64,000 bases of DNA from Thermoprotei archaeon (GTDB lineage Archaea > Thermoproteota > Thermoprotei > Thermoproteales > B15-G16). Every line of letters starts with the position of its first letter. Position 1 is the first letter of the stretch. The translations under genes were made by a program, and so were the position numbers. Positions 28,701 through 38,641 of this stretch are shown piece by piece. Below the pieces are notes generated by a model. The model was not told where the DNA came from, did no database searches, and was given only the letters and a program-made list of their open reading frames with translations. Location: NCBI GenBank assembly GCA_003649205.1, contig QMRC01000003.1, positions 192,001 to 256,000 on the forward strand, given 5' to 3'.

Positions 28701-29528
28701 ATGAGTATCAAAGTACCGCCAGAGTACCCAAGATACATCAAGAAAGGACAATTCAAATCATATGACCCAATCAAGGTCAGTAAATGGACTGAGGAAATAG
28801 TCTGTAAGTACGTGGATGGTGAACAATGGAGGAAGTACACGAGTTTTTATGGTGCTGGAGTGTATCGTGGTATCTCTACAGCTGCTGTCGTAGGTTGTAA
28901 CCTCAGATGCTTCTTCTGTTGGAGCCCTCTATCCAGAGATTTCCCAGAGAGGTATGGAACTTACTACAGTCCTAAGGAGGTGTGTGAGAACTTAGCTAAG
29001 GTAGCTAGGAAGTATGGATTTAGGAAAGCAAGGTTATCCTGTGGAGAGCCGACGATTGGTAGGGATCATCTACTGAAGGTGCTTGAGTATGTTGAGAGGT
29101 GTGACTACATAAAGCTATTCATACTTGAGACAAACGGTATATTGATGGGATTGGATAGGGACTATGTTCGTGATGTACTTAAGTTCAGTAAGGTGTACGT
29201 GAGGATTAGTTTGAAGGCGGGAACACCAGAAGCATTTACCTGGAAGACAGGTGCTATACCGCAAGCATTTGAGCTACCATTCAAGACCATAGAGTACTTC
29301 GTTGAGGAAGGTGCATGGGGTAGATTTCACGTAGCGGTAATGTCAGATCCTAGGATCATGAGTAAGGAGGAGAGAGTAGCTCTACTCGAGAAGCTCTACA
29401 GCATAGATCCTAAGCTACTGAGGTTGATTGAGGAAGAGGTTGTAGATCCATACGATACTACACTCTTTAGATTGAAGGAAGCTGGTGTTGAACTGGATTG
29501 GTCACTGTGGAGAAGTTGGTTTAGCTAG
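28701..29528 (+). CDS. Radical SAM protein (archaeal COG5014-like)
   Basis: GCNLRCFFCW (CxxxCxxC), GEPT, FILETNG and VRISLK. Confidence 0.88.
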   Translation: MSIKVPPEYPRYIKKGQFKSYDPIKVSKWTEEIVCKYVDGEQWRKYTSFYGAGVYRGISTAAVVGCNLRCFFCWSPLSRDFPERYGTYYSPKEVCENLAKVARKYGFRKARLSCGEPTIGRDHLLKVLEYVERCDYIKLFILETNGILMGLDRDYVRDVLKFSKVYVRISLKAGTPEAFTWKTGAIPQAFELPFKTIEYFVEEGAWGRFHVAVMSDPRIMSKEERVALLEKLYSIDPKLLRLIEEEVVDPYDTTLFRLKEAGVELDWSLWRSWFS

Positions 29529-29612
29529 CTTTGACTTGACGAAGTTGAGTAATGCCAGGTGCTTTTCTAAGGTATCAAACAGATAAATTATCCTTAAAGA
29601 GTATCAGATATC

Positions 29613-30728
29613 ATGTCTGTACCCGAGCTACTTGAGGAGGCTAAGGTTAAGGAGGAGAAGCTTCGTAACCTCCTAACTTCTCTAAACCTAGATGCAATAG
29701 TGTTGACACGTAGGAGAAATGTCTCTTGGCTTACTTGTGGTGGTGAGTACCACATTCTCCACAGTACTGATGAGAGTGTTGTTGCTCTCGTAATTACTAA
29801 GGAGGAGAAGCTGCTCTTCACTACGAATAATGAGATTGACAGGATTTTAGATGAGGAACCTATTTCACAGCTAGGTTATAGGACCGTTGTCCATAAGTGG
29901 TATGAGAAGTCACCTCTTGATGCTGCTCTCGAGTATCTGAAGGGTGTTAGTTCTATCGGTACTGACGTCCCAGTTCCTGGATGCACATGTATTGAGCCTC
30001 ATCTTAGAGAGCTTCGTCTAGTACTGACAACCTATGAGGTTGGTAGATTGAAGGAGCTCGGTGCTACTTCAGCTAAGTTGCTAAGTAGTGTCTTGAGGGA
30101 TCTTCGTAGAGGTACCACGGAGCAGGAATTAGCTAGTGAGCTCTTACATGAGTTTGCTCGATATGGTATTAGGTTGCCAGTGATCCTCATAGCTGCTGAC
30201 GATAGAGCCTTCAAGTACAGACACCCGCTACCCAAGGATCGGAAGATCAATGAGCACGTTATTGTGTCTATTGCTGCTGAGAAGTGGGGTCTTCACGTAA
30301 CCTTAACGAGACTTGTTCACTTTGGTTCTCTACCTGCTGAACTCAGGAAGAGGTATGAAGCGGTTGCTAAGGTTGATGCAACGTACCTCAGTATGACTAG
30401 ACCAGGTACTAAGGCCTGTGATGCTCTTAGAAGGGGTATTGAGGTCTTTAGCTCTCTAGGTTATCCTGATGAGTGGGAAAGACATACACAGGGTGGATGG
30501 ATTTCGTACCTACCTAGGGAGATAGTCATTGATCTACGTACTGAGAGGTGCTTTGGTGAGTATGAAGCTGTGTCCTGGAATCCAACCATAACGGGTACCA
30601 AGGTAGAGGATACGTTCATTGTGACTAGCGAAGGCCTTATCAATGTAACTTACGATAGTGAGTGGCCTATGCTAACTGTGGAGATTAATGGCTATAGGTT
30701 TGAAAGACCAGATATACTGGTGAGGTAG
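29613..30728 (+). CDS. M24-fold (Xaa-Pro aminopeptidase/creatinase-like) protein
   Basis: Creatinase-type N-domain; YRHPLP, HTQGG..Y.PRE and WNPTITGTKVEDT. Confidence 0.8.
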   Translation: MSVPELLEEAKVKEEKLRNLLTSLNLDAIVLTRRRNVSWLTCGGEYHILHSTDESVVALVITKEEKLLFTTNNEIDRILDEEPISQLGYRTVVHKWYEKSPLDAALEYLKGVSSIGTDVPVPGCTCIEPHLRELRLVLTTYEVGRLKELGATSAKLLSSVLRDLRRGTTEQELASELLHEFARYGIRLPVILIAADDRAFKYRHPLPKDRKINEHVIVSIAAEKWGLHVTLTRLVHFGSLPAELRKRYEAVAKVDATYLSMTRPGTKACDALRRGIEVFSSLGYPDEWERHTQGGWISYLPREIVIDLRTERCFGEYEAVSWNPTITGTKVEDTFIVTSEGLINVTYDSEWPMLTVEINGYRFERPDILVR

Positions 30729-30780
30729 GGGTAAGAGTTTTTATGCGGTTTCAATCACTTCTCTGCTAAGAGGTGTCGAG

Positions 30781-31689
30781 ATGGGTAAGGTATTTGTCGT
30801 CCCTGGATCTGCTAGTGAGAACTTAGCTAGGAAAATCACTCAGGAAGTCGGTGTTGAGGTACTGGGTGTTGAGAGGAAGGTATTTCCGGATGGTGAGACC
30901 TATTTAAGGATTTGTGCTGAAGATCTTTCCGGTGCTTCTGTGTATGTCGTTCAGAGCTTAGCTAGGAAACCAAACGACTACCTACTTGAGCTACTGCTGC
31001 TTGTCGAAGCCGCTAAAGGTCTTGGCGCTAAGAAGGTTACAGCTGTTATACCGTATCTAGCGTACGCTAGACAAGACTCTAGATTTAAGCCAGGTGAACC
31101 AATAAGCATTGTAGCAATTGCTAGAGCGCTAGAGGCTGTTGGTGTTGACGAAGTGGTTACAGTTGACATGCACCTACATAGGTTCCACGACGTATCTGAA
31201 GTATTCAGGGTCCCAGCTACTAACCTCACATCGATACCTCTACTAGCGAAGTTCGTTAAGGAGGTATGGAAGCTAGAGAAACCCGTAATCATCGGTCCTG
31301 ATGAGGAGTCAGAACAGTGGGCCAGCATCATGGGTAGAGAGCTTGGGACTACGTACTCAGTGCTCGAGAAGGAGAGGTTAAGTGCTACGGAGGTTCAGAT
31401 CAAGGTTAGGGGCGAGGTATCGGTCAAGGATAGAGATGTTGTGATAGTTGATGACATAGTCAGTACTGGTGGAACAGTAGCGGAAGCTGCGAAGGTACTT
31501 AAGCAGTTAGGTGCTCGTAGAGTATTTGCCGCAGTAGTCCACCTCGTACTAGCACCCGGTGCTATCGAGAGGATGAAGAGTGCAGGTGTGGTGGATATCG
31601 TTGGTACAGACACAATCGAGTCACCGTATTCTCACGTATCAGTAGCTCCAGTAATTGCTAAATACATAAAGGAGAGAGAAGGTCTCTAA
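30781..31689 (+). CDS. prs: Ribose-phosphate pyrophosphokinase
   Basis: FPDGE, PYLAYARQD, VDMH, GPD and IVDDIVSTGGT. Confidence 0.95.
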   Translation: MGKVFVVPGSASENLARKITQEVGVEVLGVERKVFPDGETYLRICAEDLSGASVYVVQSLARKPNDYLLELLLLVEAAKGLGAKKVTAVIPYLAYARQDSRFKPGEPISIVAIARALEAVGVDEVVTVDMHLHRFHDVSEVFRVPATNLTSIPLLAKFVKEVWKLEKPVIIGPDEESEQWASIMGRELGTTYSVLEKERLSATEVQIKVRGEVSVKDRDVVIVDDIVSTGGTVAEAAKVLKQLGARRVFAAVVHLVLAPGAIERMKSAGVVDIVGTDTIESPYSHVSVAPVIAKYIKEREGL

Positions 31690-31761
31690 CCAATACCTTT
31701 TCTTACCTTAAAGCAGTGTAGTATAATGTTTAAGTTTTGATACTGGACTTCTGTTTTCAGG

Positions 31762-31809
31762 ATGCTGAGGGTAGGCGCTGCCGACTTGTGAGGAGAGAAC
31801 CCCCACTGA
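31762..31809 (+). ncRNA. Box C/D guide sRNA with a variant C box
   Basis: ATGCTGA GGGTAGGCGCTG CCGA CTT GTGAGGA GAGAACCCCCA CTGA; TTTAAG box about 30 nt upstream. Confidence 0.6.
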
Positions 31810-32099
31810 GTTGGCTCCCATCCTCATGATTTCCCTGAGGGATGTAATAAAATTCAGGAAATTACTTGATAGCAGATAAGCTACCTCATATGACAATTAC
31901 ACTTCTCAATGAGAATCATCAATCCTCCAACCTTCTCTATCAAGTTATGTAGGTTATGTAGGTACAGAGGACACAGGCTAAATTAAACAGCTTTATCAAC
32001 TACAGTATTCCTCCCCTTCACACCTCTGTACTTTTGTATATCCATTAGACAATCCTTCAGTTAACTGCTGATCTATAGGAGGAGAGGCACTCAGCTAAG

Positions 32100-33164
32100 C
32101 TACATGCTCCAGTACCTACTGAGTAACCTAAGTAACTCACTCCTCGTCCTACGCCAGTAAGACCACGTCAAGTTATCACTAACGGTATCAGGTTCTAACG
32201 TGCACTCTTCTTCAAGTAGCGTACATAGAGTTGAGTAAACGCCTAACCTCAATCCAATGCCATAACCTCCCTCTAGAGCGAGTACTAGCTTTGGTCTAGT
32301 GTATTGCCTCATCACCTCAATTATTTTCGTTACAAGGTATGTGAAGGAATTAACTGAGAGATTCATGTTTGTTATTGGATCTCTTCTATGTGCGTCGTAG
32401 CCTGCCGACATGAGTACTATACTGGGTCTGTACTGTGAGAGTACTGGTGTTACTATGTTGTCAACTACATCTCGATAGATATCGTCACCAGAAAATGGTG
32501 GTAGTGGTATGTTTATGTTATAGCCTTCACCATCACCCGCACCAACTTCATCAACGTACCCAGTACCAGGGTATATTGTTCTAGGGTCTTGATGTGTACT
32601 CATGTAAAGTACTGAGTTATCGTAGTAGAACACCTCCTGCGTACCGTTACCGTGGTGACAATCAAAGTCTACAATAGCTATTCTATCTATCTTCTTGATA
32701 TTGACCAAGTACTTCGCAGCAATAGCTACGTTATTGAATATGCAGAAGCCCTGTGTAGGTGCTCCAAGTGCTCTACCATACCTACCTACGTGGTGTCCTG
32801 GTGGTCTAACTAAGCAGAAAACAGCATCGAAGACATCGCTCAGTACTAGGTCTATGGCTTTGAGAACACCACCTACAGCATGTAGTGCTACTCTGTAGGT
32901 TTCTTCACATACATAAGTGTCAGGATCTAGGAATCCACCACCTCTCTTAGAGAAGTCTTTCACCAGTTCGATGTACTTGGTATCGTGAACTAACTCCAGT
33001 AACCTCTCATCAGCTACCTCTGGCTCAATCAACCGTACCTTACTAAGTACACCTCTCTTCTTCAACTCATCAACTACACTCCTCAATCTCTGTGGACTCT
33101 CTGGATGTGATGTATGTGGTCTATGTCTAAGGTATACATCGCTGTAGACTACTCCCACCCTCAT
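32100..33164 (-). CDS. Histone deacetylase family (AcuC/AphA) protein
   Basis: HPESPQR, RPPGHH, GFCIFNN, DFDCHHGNGTQ, SAGYDAH and LEGGY. Confidence 0.95.
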   Translation of the reverse strand: MRVGVVYSDVYLRHRPHTSHPESPQRLRSVVDELKKRGVLSKVRLIEPEVADERLLELVHDTKYIELVKDFSKRGGGFLDPDTYVCEETYRVALHAVGGVLKAIDLVLSDVFDAVFCLVRPPGHHVGRYGRALGAPTQGFCIFNNVAIAAKYLVNIKKIDRIAIVDFDCHHGNGTQEVFYYDNSVLYMSTHQDPRTIYPGTGYVDEVGAGDGEGYNINIPLPPFSGDDIYRDVVDNIVTPVLSQYRPSIVLMSAGYDAHRRDPITNMNLSVNSFTYLVTKIIEVMRQYTRPKLVLALEGGYGIGLRLGVYSTLCTLLEEECTLEPDTVSDNLTWSYWRRTRSELLRLLSRYWSM

Positions 33165-33173
33165 GTAGGTACC

Positions 33174-33227
33174 TCAGTGAAGGCGGGAATTTCCTCATCT
33201 CCTCAGTTGCCCCACCTAACTCATCAC
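33174..33227 (-). ncRNA. Box C/D guide sRNA
   Basis: Minus strand GTGATGA GTTAGGTGGGGCAA CTGA GG AGATGA GGAAATTCCCGCCTTCA CTGA. Confidence 0.8.
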
Positions 33228-33309
33228 GAGGAATATACTGTGTGTAATTTCGCTTTTCTTAAGGATCATCACATATCAGGAAGGCCGGGTTAGCACACTC
33301 ACTCGAGAT

Positions 33310-34377
33310 CTACTTTCTTCTCTCGATGAAGTACCTTGCTAACTCCTTAAAGAACTCTACTTCACGTGATCTCAGTGGTGGGTCAGCTAGTGTGAGTGAC
33401 TCTATAGCTTTCCCGACATATTCCCTCTCCTTACCTAGTGCGTAGTCCAGTACCCCTCTCTCCTTCATGAGATCTCTAATCTCGAGAACATCTTCCTTGG
33501 TCAATTGTGGATTACCTAGTGCCTTCAGTAGCTTAGCTCTTTCCCGCTCATCAAATAGCTCAAGAGCCTTAATGATCAGTAGGTTCTTTCTCCCTTCACG
33601 AATATCGCTACCTATTGGCTTACCTACCTCCTCTTCTTCCCCAAAGATACCGAGTACATCGTCGTGAATCTGAAATGCTCTAGCTGCATATGTTCCGTAT
33701 CTCCTAAGTGCTGTTATCTGTCTCTCTGTTGCGTCTCCCAAGATAGCACCTATAGTCAGCGACTCTACGAAGAGAGCGCCGGTCTTCAGGTCAACCATCC
33801 TATAGTAGTCTTCCTCACTTACATCATGAACGTATGGGTAGGTGATGTCAAGGCACTCACCTTCAACAATACACTTGAAAGCTCTCATATAGCTCTCAAG
33901 TGCTCGTGCTTTTTGGTCATCTCTAAACTTACTTGAGGTTATTGCGTACATGCCGAGTGCTATCAGTAGGTCACCACCAATGATACCGAATGATAGTCCC
34001 ATGTGGTTGTAGTCCCTTGCTCCGTACCTATCTCTGAAAATCATAGCATACTTAACGTGGAATGTTGGGCCCCCTCTCCGGATGGTATCTCGATCAATTA
34101 TGTCATCATGTATAAGCGATGCATTGTGTAGTAGCTCAACGCATGTAGCTACTCTATATAGGTCATCGACTTCACTGCCACCGACAGAGTAGTACGCTGC
34201 AACTAGTGATATTGGTCTAAGTCTCTTACCTCCTCTAAAGATGAACTCTTCAACATGGTTGTAAAGTTCCTCAACTATTCTGTACCTTAGCTTGACCTCG
34301 TTCAGTACCTTTTTCAAGGCTTCCTGTATCTTAGGTAAGTACTCATTTACATAGCCCTTCAATGCTACTGACGACAT
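33310..34377 (-). CDS. idsA: Polyprenyl (geranylgeranyl) diphosphate synthase
   Basis: GGKRLRP, LIHDDIID....RRG, KTGALF, FQIHDD and GSDIREG. Confidence 0.92.
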   Translation of the reverse strand: MSSVALKGYVNEYLPKIQEALKKVLNEVKLRYRIVEELYNHVEEFIFRGGKRLRPISLVAAYYSVGGSEVDDLYRVATCVELLHNASLIHDDIIDRDTIRRGGPTFHVKYAMIFRDRYGARDYNHMGLSFGIIGGDLLIALGMYAITSSKFRDDQKARALESYMRAFKCIVEGECLDITYPYVHDVSEEDYYRMVDLKTGALFVESLTIGAILGDATERQITALRRYGTYAARAFQIHDDVLGIFGEEEEVGKPIGSDIREGRKNLLIIKALELFDERERAKLLKALGNPQLTKEDVLEIRDLMKERGVLDYALGKEREYVGKAIESLTLADPPLRSREVEFFKELARYFIERRK

Positions 34378-34381
34378 TCAG

Positions 34382-34828
34382 CTACTCCACCCTGATGCTG
34401 TAGTACTTCTTTACCTTCTTAGGTAATCTCAGCTCGAGCACACCATCCTTAAATCTTGCTCTTGTTCTCTCTGGATCAACTTCGCATGGTAATCTAACAC
34501 TCTTCCTATATGCAAAGAACTTAACACCTCTGTAAACTATGTGACCAGTTCTAATGCTAACACCTTCAAGTCTAGCGTAGAGAGTAACCGTATCTTCACT
34601 AACAGATACCTGGATGCTGTCTTTGTCACGTACATACGGTAGATCGAACCTTATCACAACTTCATCAGGAGTCTCGAAGATCTCTGTAAGTGGTTCAAGA
34701 CATTGTGTTGATGGATCACAGAGAGGTCCTCTTAGCTCCTCTTCAAATCTCTCAATCATCTCCCTAATCTCTCTCGTAACTCTCCTCATGAATCTCTCAA
34801 TTACATCACCAATGTACTCACTACTCAT
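34382..34828 (-). CDS. Small heat shock protein (Hsp20)
   Basis: EPLTEIFE, DLP and LP..VDP....A.FKDGVLELRLPK. Confidence 0.92.
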   Translation of the reverse strand: MSSEYIGDVIERFMRRVTREIREMIERFEEELRGPLCDPSTQCLEPLTEIFETPDEVVIRFDLPYVRDKDSIQVSVSEDTVTLYARLEGVSIRTGHIVYRGVKFFAYRKSVRLPCEVDPERTRARFKDGVLELRLPKKVKKYYSIRVE

Positions 34829-34840
34829 TGCTTAACCCTC

Positions 34841-35611
34841 CTAGACATACATTAGAGGTAACGTGTATTCATAACTCTTCTGTTGTTCTCTTAGAGCAGA
34901 CATAGTTCTCTGCATTAGTTCCCTCAACTTAAGCCTTAGCTCCTCAGCCTCACTCTTCAGCTGTTCAATATCGACCGATATACCAGTTATCTTAGAGAAT
35001 ACCTCGAGTACTGAAGCAGCTGCACCTGGATCAGGGTACTGTAGGTAGGACTCAGCTAGTAAAGCAAGACAACTAATACCCTCCTTGACGCATTCCTTCA
35101 TTATTAGTGCGTAAGCACCTGCAACAAACCCTTCTTCAATCAATTCAACACCCATTTTCTCAAGGTACTCCCTATCACTACTCAACACACCAATACCATA
35201 GACCTTAGGCTTCTCAATATCTAACCTATTTGGCACTGGAACACCACCAAGAAGCACCAAGGACTTTACACGAAGCTTCTTAGCTAGATCAACGATAGAC
35301 CTAGAAAACACCGGTAGAGCAGATACCGGTAAAGCAACTTCAGAAGCTAGAGCGAGGACATTACCTGTCTGCGAGTAGAAGATTCTCACTGGTCTCTTAG
35401 GTTCACCCTTTCGAATTAATGCAATAGGTGGAAACACATCAGAGTCAATATAACCAATCTCCTCCATATTCAAATTCCTAATCAATTGCATCACTGCTAT
35501 GGCACCAACAAGACCAACATCAGGTAGACCCAGCACGAATAGTGAGTCTTGAGGAACATCTTTGTAGAGCTTGACCTCAACAGATACACCACTCACGACC
35601 TCACTACTCAT
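34841..35611 (-). CDS. PAC2-family proteasome assembly chaperone
   Basis: GLPDVGLVG, PVRIF, YPDPGAAA and C-terminal MYV (HbYX-like). Confidence 0.88.
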   Translation of the reverse strand: MSSEVVSGVSVEVKLYKDVPQDSLFVLGLPDVGLVGAIAVMQLIRNLNMEEIGYIDSDVFPPIALIRKGEPKRPVRIFYSQTGNVLALASEVALPVSALPVFSRSIVDLAKKLRVKSLVLLGGVPVPNRLDIEKPKVYGIGVLSSDREYLEKMGVELIEEGFVAGAYALIMKECVKEGISCLALLAESYLQYPDPGAAASVLEVFSKITGISVDIEQLKSEAEELRLKLRELMQRTMSALREQQKSYEYTLPLMYV

Positions 35612-35702
35612 CTCGACACCTGTTGTGTAGTAGCCTCAGAAGTAAAAAAGCTTTAAAGAGGTACTAATCTACATTAACTTAGGAATCCTCGGTGAGGACT
35701 AC

Positions 35703-35975
35703 ATGTTAAGTAGTGATAGAGAAGTTGTCTGTAAATTGGTTCTCGACGTCTTAAAACCACATAACCCCTCAATAGTTGACCTAGCAAAGAGCATACTGAA
35801 GGTAGCTGGGGTTAAGCACGTGAGGATATCTGTACAGGAAGTTGACGTAAACACTGAAACCGTCAAGATAGTGGTTGAAGGTGAAGGATTTGACTTTGAG
35901 AAACTAAAGAAAGTTATCGAGAATTTAGGTGCGGTTATCCACAGCATAGACGAGGTAGTTATACGCAAAGTGTAA
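35703..35975 (+). CDS. DUF211 family protein
   Basis: LVLDVLKPH.P and GAVIHSIDEV. Confidence 0.88.
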   Translation: MLSSDREVVCKLVLDVLKPHNPSIVDLAKSILKVAGVKHVRISVQEVDVNTETVKIVVEGEGFDFEKLKKVIENLGAVIHSIDEVVIRKV

Positions 35976-36022
35976 TCTTCATCAATCTGTGCGAGAGTCC
36001 TACATCACTCAATCAGCTAACA

Positions 36023-36376
36023 CTACTGTGATAACTTAACCTCGTAAATGAGTTCTCCTCTATCATTTAATCTCTTAACTAACTTACCTTCCTTCTCAAG
36101 CTTTGAAATTACTGTGAACACCTTACTCAGTGGTATTCTCCTTGTTTTAGCCCAATCGATTAAGTCCTTCTTCGTAACTCTCTTAAATCTTGTCAAGAAC
36201 GAAGCAACAAGCTCCTCCTCGCTTGCTGTTACGGTTGTGTGTATGGTTGTTAAGGTTGGTGCTGTGGTTGTTTTTTCCTCAACTACTTTAGTTGGCTTCT
36301 CTTCAGATTCCTCGACAAAGGATAGGATACTCAATCCCTTACTCTCTTCACTCTTTCTTCTCCTCCTCTTACTCAT
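36023..36376 (-). CDS. Winged-helix protein with a basic, disordered N-terminus
   Basis: C-terminal ...ISKLEKEGKLVKR...ELIYEV wHTH pattern. Confidence 0.6.
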   Translation of the reverse strand: MSKRRRRKSEESKGLSILSFVEESEEKPTKVVEEKTTTAPTLTTIHTTVTASEEELVASFLTRFKRVTKKDLIDWAKTRRIPLSKVFTVISKLEKEGKLVKRLNDRGELIYEVKLSQ

Positions 36377-37035
36377 GCTCGATCACTACTTCTTTCAGGC
36401 TCAAAAACCTTAATATCCCTTACTTTCTCCATGAGCAGAGTAAGCACCTCTACACCTCTCATCCTAGTACCACAGAGATTACACACTATGTAGTAGTCTC
36501 TAACTGGACACTCGTATATGTATGAGGGTCTCCAAGTACGAGATACGTAGTAGTGCTCAATAACGTTACCACACTTGGGACAGGGTAGACCGTAGTGAGC
36601 TTGTGTAAGTAATTCGTTGTCCCTAACAACCTCAAGCATGTACTTCGTAGTCACTGTGTATATTATCTTCTCAAAAGATGCTTCAACCCTAGTATCGTAG
36701 ACACTAAGACCATAGACATCTACCTGATACCTAAGTCCATACCATCTCTCAGCTCTCTCAAAGCTAGTCTGAACCTCGTACACGACAATACTCGGTATCC
36801 TACACAAGATTATCACTGAGGTACCTCTACCTTCATCAATACATAGCTTCTCAGCTAAGAACCTAGGATCGTGCCAAAACTCATCATTATTGAGTAGCCA
36901 TAACCTAACACAGTGTGATCCAATAGAGACATCATACACATCTAGATCGAGTTGAGTAACTTTTGTAGTGAAGTACTTAGCAAGATTGAGTACTCTATCG
37001 AGAACCTTCCTGTAGACAACTTCGAGCGCTGACAA
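36373..37035 (-). CDS. Hypothetical protein with a C-terminal zinc ribbon
   Basis: CPKCG...CNLCG; ATGA overlap with the next gene. Confidence 0.6.
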   Translation of the reverse strand: MSALEVVYRKVLDRVLNLAKYFTTKVTQLDLDVYDVSIGSHCVRLWLLNNDEFWHDPRFLAEKLCIDEGRGTSVIILCRIPSIVVYEVQTSFERAERWYGLRYQVDVYGLSVYDTRVEASFEKIIYTVTTKYMLEVVRDNELLTQAHYGLPCPKCGNVIEHYYVSRTWRPSYIYECPVRDYYIVCNLCGTRMRGVEVLTLLMEKVRDIKVFEPERSSDRA

Positions 37036-37125
37036 GATAGCTGTACCTCCTACTATTATACCTATAACTTAACAAAACATTGACTTAACCTTACCCATTT
37101 ACTAAGTCAGAGTTGGGTCAAGAAC

Positions 37126-37350
37126 ATGGTTGAAAATAGTTCCTGTCCTTACTACTGTGAGACACGTGATGGAAGGAGATGCATCTTCCTATCACCGGAG
37201 GAGTGGAGAATTAGGCATGAGAAGCTACTTAATTACTGTAGGAACGGAGGTAAGGGATGTTGCATCCTCGCTAGAGTACTACCACTACTAGATAGCTTTA
37301 GAAGGTATGGAGCAGGTAACCAGAATACTCTAGTTGAGAGCATTTGCTAA
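37126..37350 (+). CDS. Small Cys-rich protein
   Basis: CPYYC...C...YC.NGGKGC. Confidence 0.6.
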   Translation: MVENSSCPYYCETRDGRRCIFLSPEEWRIRHEKLLNYCRNGGKGCCILARVLPLLDSFRRYGAGNQNTLVESIC

Positions 37351-37411
37351 TACTTTAATACCTAGTAAACAAGTCTAAGTCACAAGTAGGGAATTACTTG
37401 GGTGAAATGCT

Positions 37412-38116
37412 GTGTCACTAGGTATTAGAGGACTGCTAATGGACGTCAATGTTGTGCTTGACTACAGTGAGTATGTCAATAACATAGCTAGTATGCTGAA
37501 GAGAGAGTACCCAATTAGAGAGGACACGGAATCCATAGCGAAGAAGTTGAGGAATGAAATCGAGAGAAGGTATGTAAATGCTATAGCAAGGGGTCAGTTT
37601 AGAAATATGAAGGAGATAATTCGAGATAGTGTACGAAGACTACTTGAGGAAAATAATATTGTCATTGGTCCTACAGAACTCGGTTTCCTAGCCGATTCAG
37701 CTATGACCTGCATGATAAATGCCGCAAAACCCTATCAGGATTCAGAGGAGGCATTAGCTAAGTTGAGACAGAGAGGTATGTCATTGTGCATAGTGACTAA
37801 TCTTGATGGTGACGTAGCTAGGAAGATGCTGATATCCTCAGGGCTATTCAAGTACTTTATAGGTGTTGTTAGTGCTGACGTTACTGGAGTACCTAAACCA
37901 AATAGAAAGATATTCCAGGTTGCTCTCAAGAAAATGAGGTGTAAACCCACTCAAGTACTGGTCGTGGGTACAAGTTGGGAAGATATCTTAGGCGGTAAGA
38001 CAGCAGGCATAAAGACAATACTCCTAACACGTGGAAGAGATATACAGACATCAGTTGCACCGGACCTAACACTAAACAACCTAAGTGATCTACTGAAGAT
38101 ACTAGGTATCGTGTAG
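37412..38116 (+). CDS. HAD-like hydrolase with divergent motifs
   Basis: LMDVN, VTN, KPNRKIF and VGTSWEDILGG. Confidence 0.8.
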   Translation: MSLGIRGLLMDVNVVLDYSEYVNNIASMLKREYPIREDTESIAKKLRNEIERRYVNAIARGQFRNMKEIIRDSVRRLLEENNIVIGPTELGFLADSAMTCMINAAKPYQDSEEALAKLRQRGMSLCIVTNLDGDVARKMLISSGLFKYFIGVVSADVTGVPKPNRKIFQVALKKMRCKPTQVLVVGTSWEDILGGKTAGIKTILLTRGRDIQTSVAPDLTLNNLSDLLKILGIV

Positions 38117-38132
38117 TAGAGGTAGCAGTGCT

Positions 38133-38606
38133 TCAGTGACCACCCTTAGCCCTAGCTGCTTCGTGTCTCTTCTTCAGCATCCTCTCCTTGTACTTCTTCT
38201 TCCACTTCCACTTATGTGTCTCATGTAGTCCAACGCTGTAGAGACCTCTCATCCTGTACCCTGCTGGTGTACAGCCTCTGAAGACTCTCCCTCTCTTCCT
38301 CTTAATCTTAATCACCTTCGGTAATGTTGGTTGTGGTGGTACAATCTCACCCTTCTTAACTTTCTCTAACCACTCTCTTAGTCGCTCAATGTTTTCCTGA
38401 TACACTGTCTTCCTTCTCTCATCGACGTATATACCGAGTAATCTAGCTTCACGAACTGTTAGTCCAAGAGCTTCTATCTCGCCGATGGAGTATCCTCTAC
38501 CTACCTTGTACATTCTCGGTGGTACTCCACCAAATGTAATTAACCTAGGTACCTTAACTATTGGTGGTGGAGGTGGTTCAACTCTAGGTTGCTGTATCTG
38601 GCTCAT
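38133..38606 (-). CDS. rpl13e: 50S ribosomal protein L13e with a C-terminal extension
   Basis: [12 protein letters not shown]...[14 protein letters not shown]...NIE. Confidence 0.9.
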   Translation of the reverse strand: MSQIQQPRVEPPPPPIVKVPRLITFGGVPPRMYKVGRGYSIGEIEALGLTVREARLLGIYVDERRKTVYQENIERLREWLEKVKKGEIVPPQPTLPKVIKIKRKRGRVFRGCTPAGYRMRGLYSVGLHETHKWKWKKKYKERMLKKRHEAARAKGGH

Positions 38607-38641
38607 AGCTTCACCTTATACCACACCACTAGTCAGATCTT

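Noticed and set aside
31708-31896. 62-aa - strand ORF
   Set aside because: Antisense to a better-supported C/D sRNA; no motif
33240-33305. Possible second C/D sRNA upstream of the one at 33174 (guide-like GCTAACCCGGCCTTC, CTGA, GTGATGA on the - strand)
   Set aside because: Only the central D'/C' pair is good; no convincing terminal C or D box
35976-36020. C/D-like words on the - strand (GTGATGT-12 nt-CAGA-TTGATGA)
   Set aside because: No terminal CTGA at the expected distance
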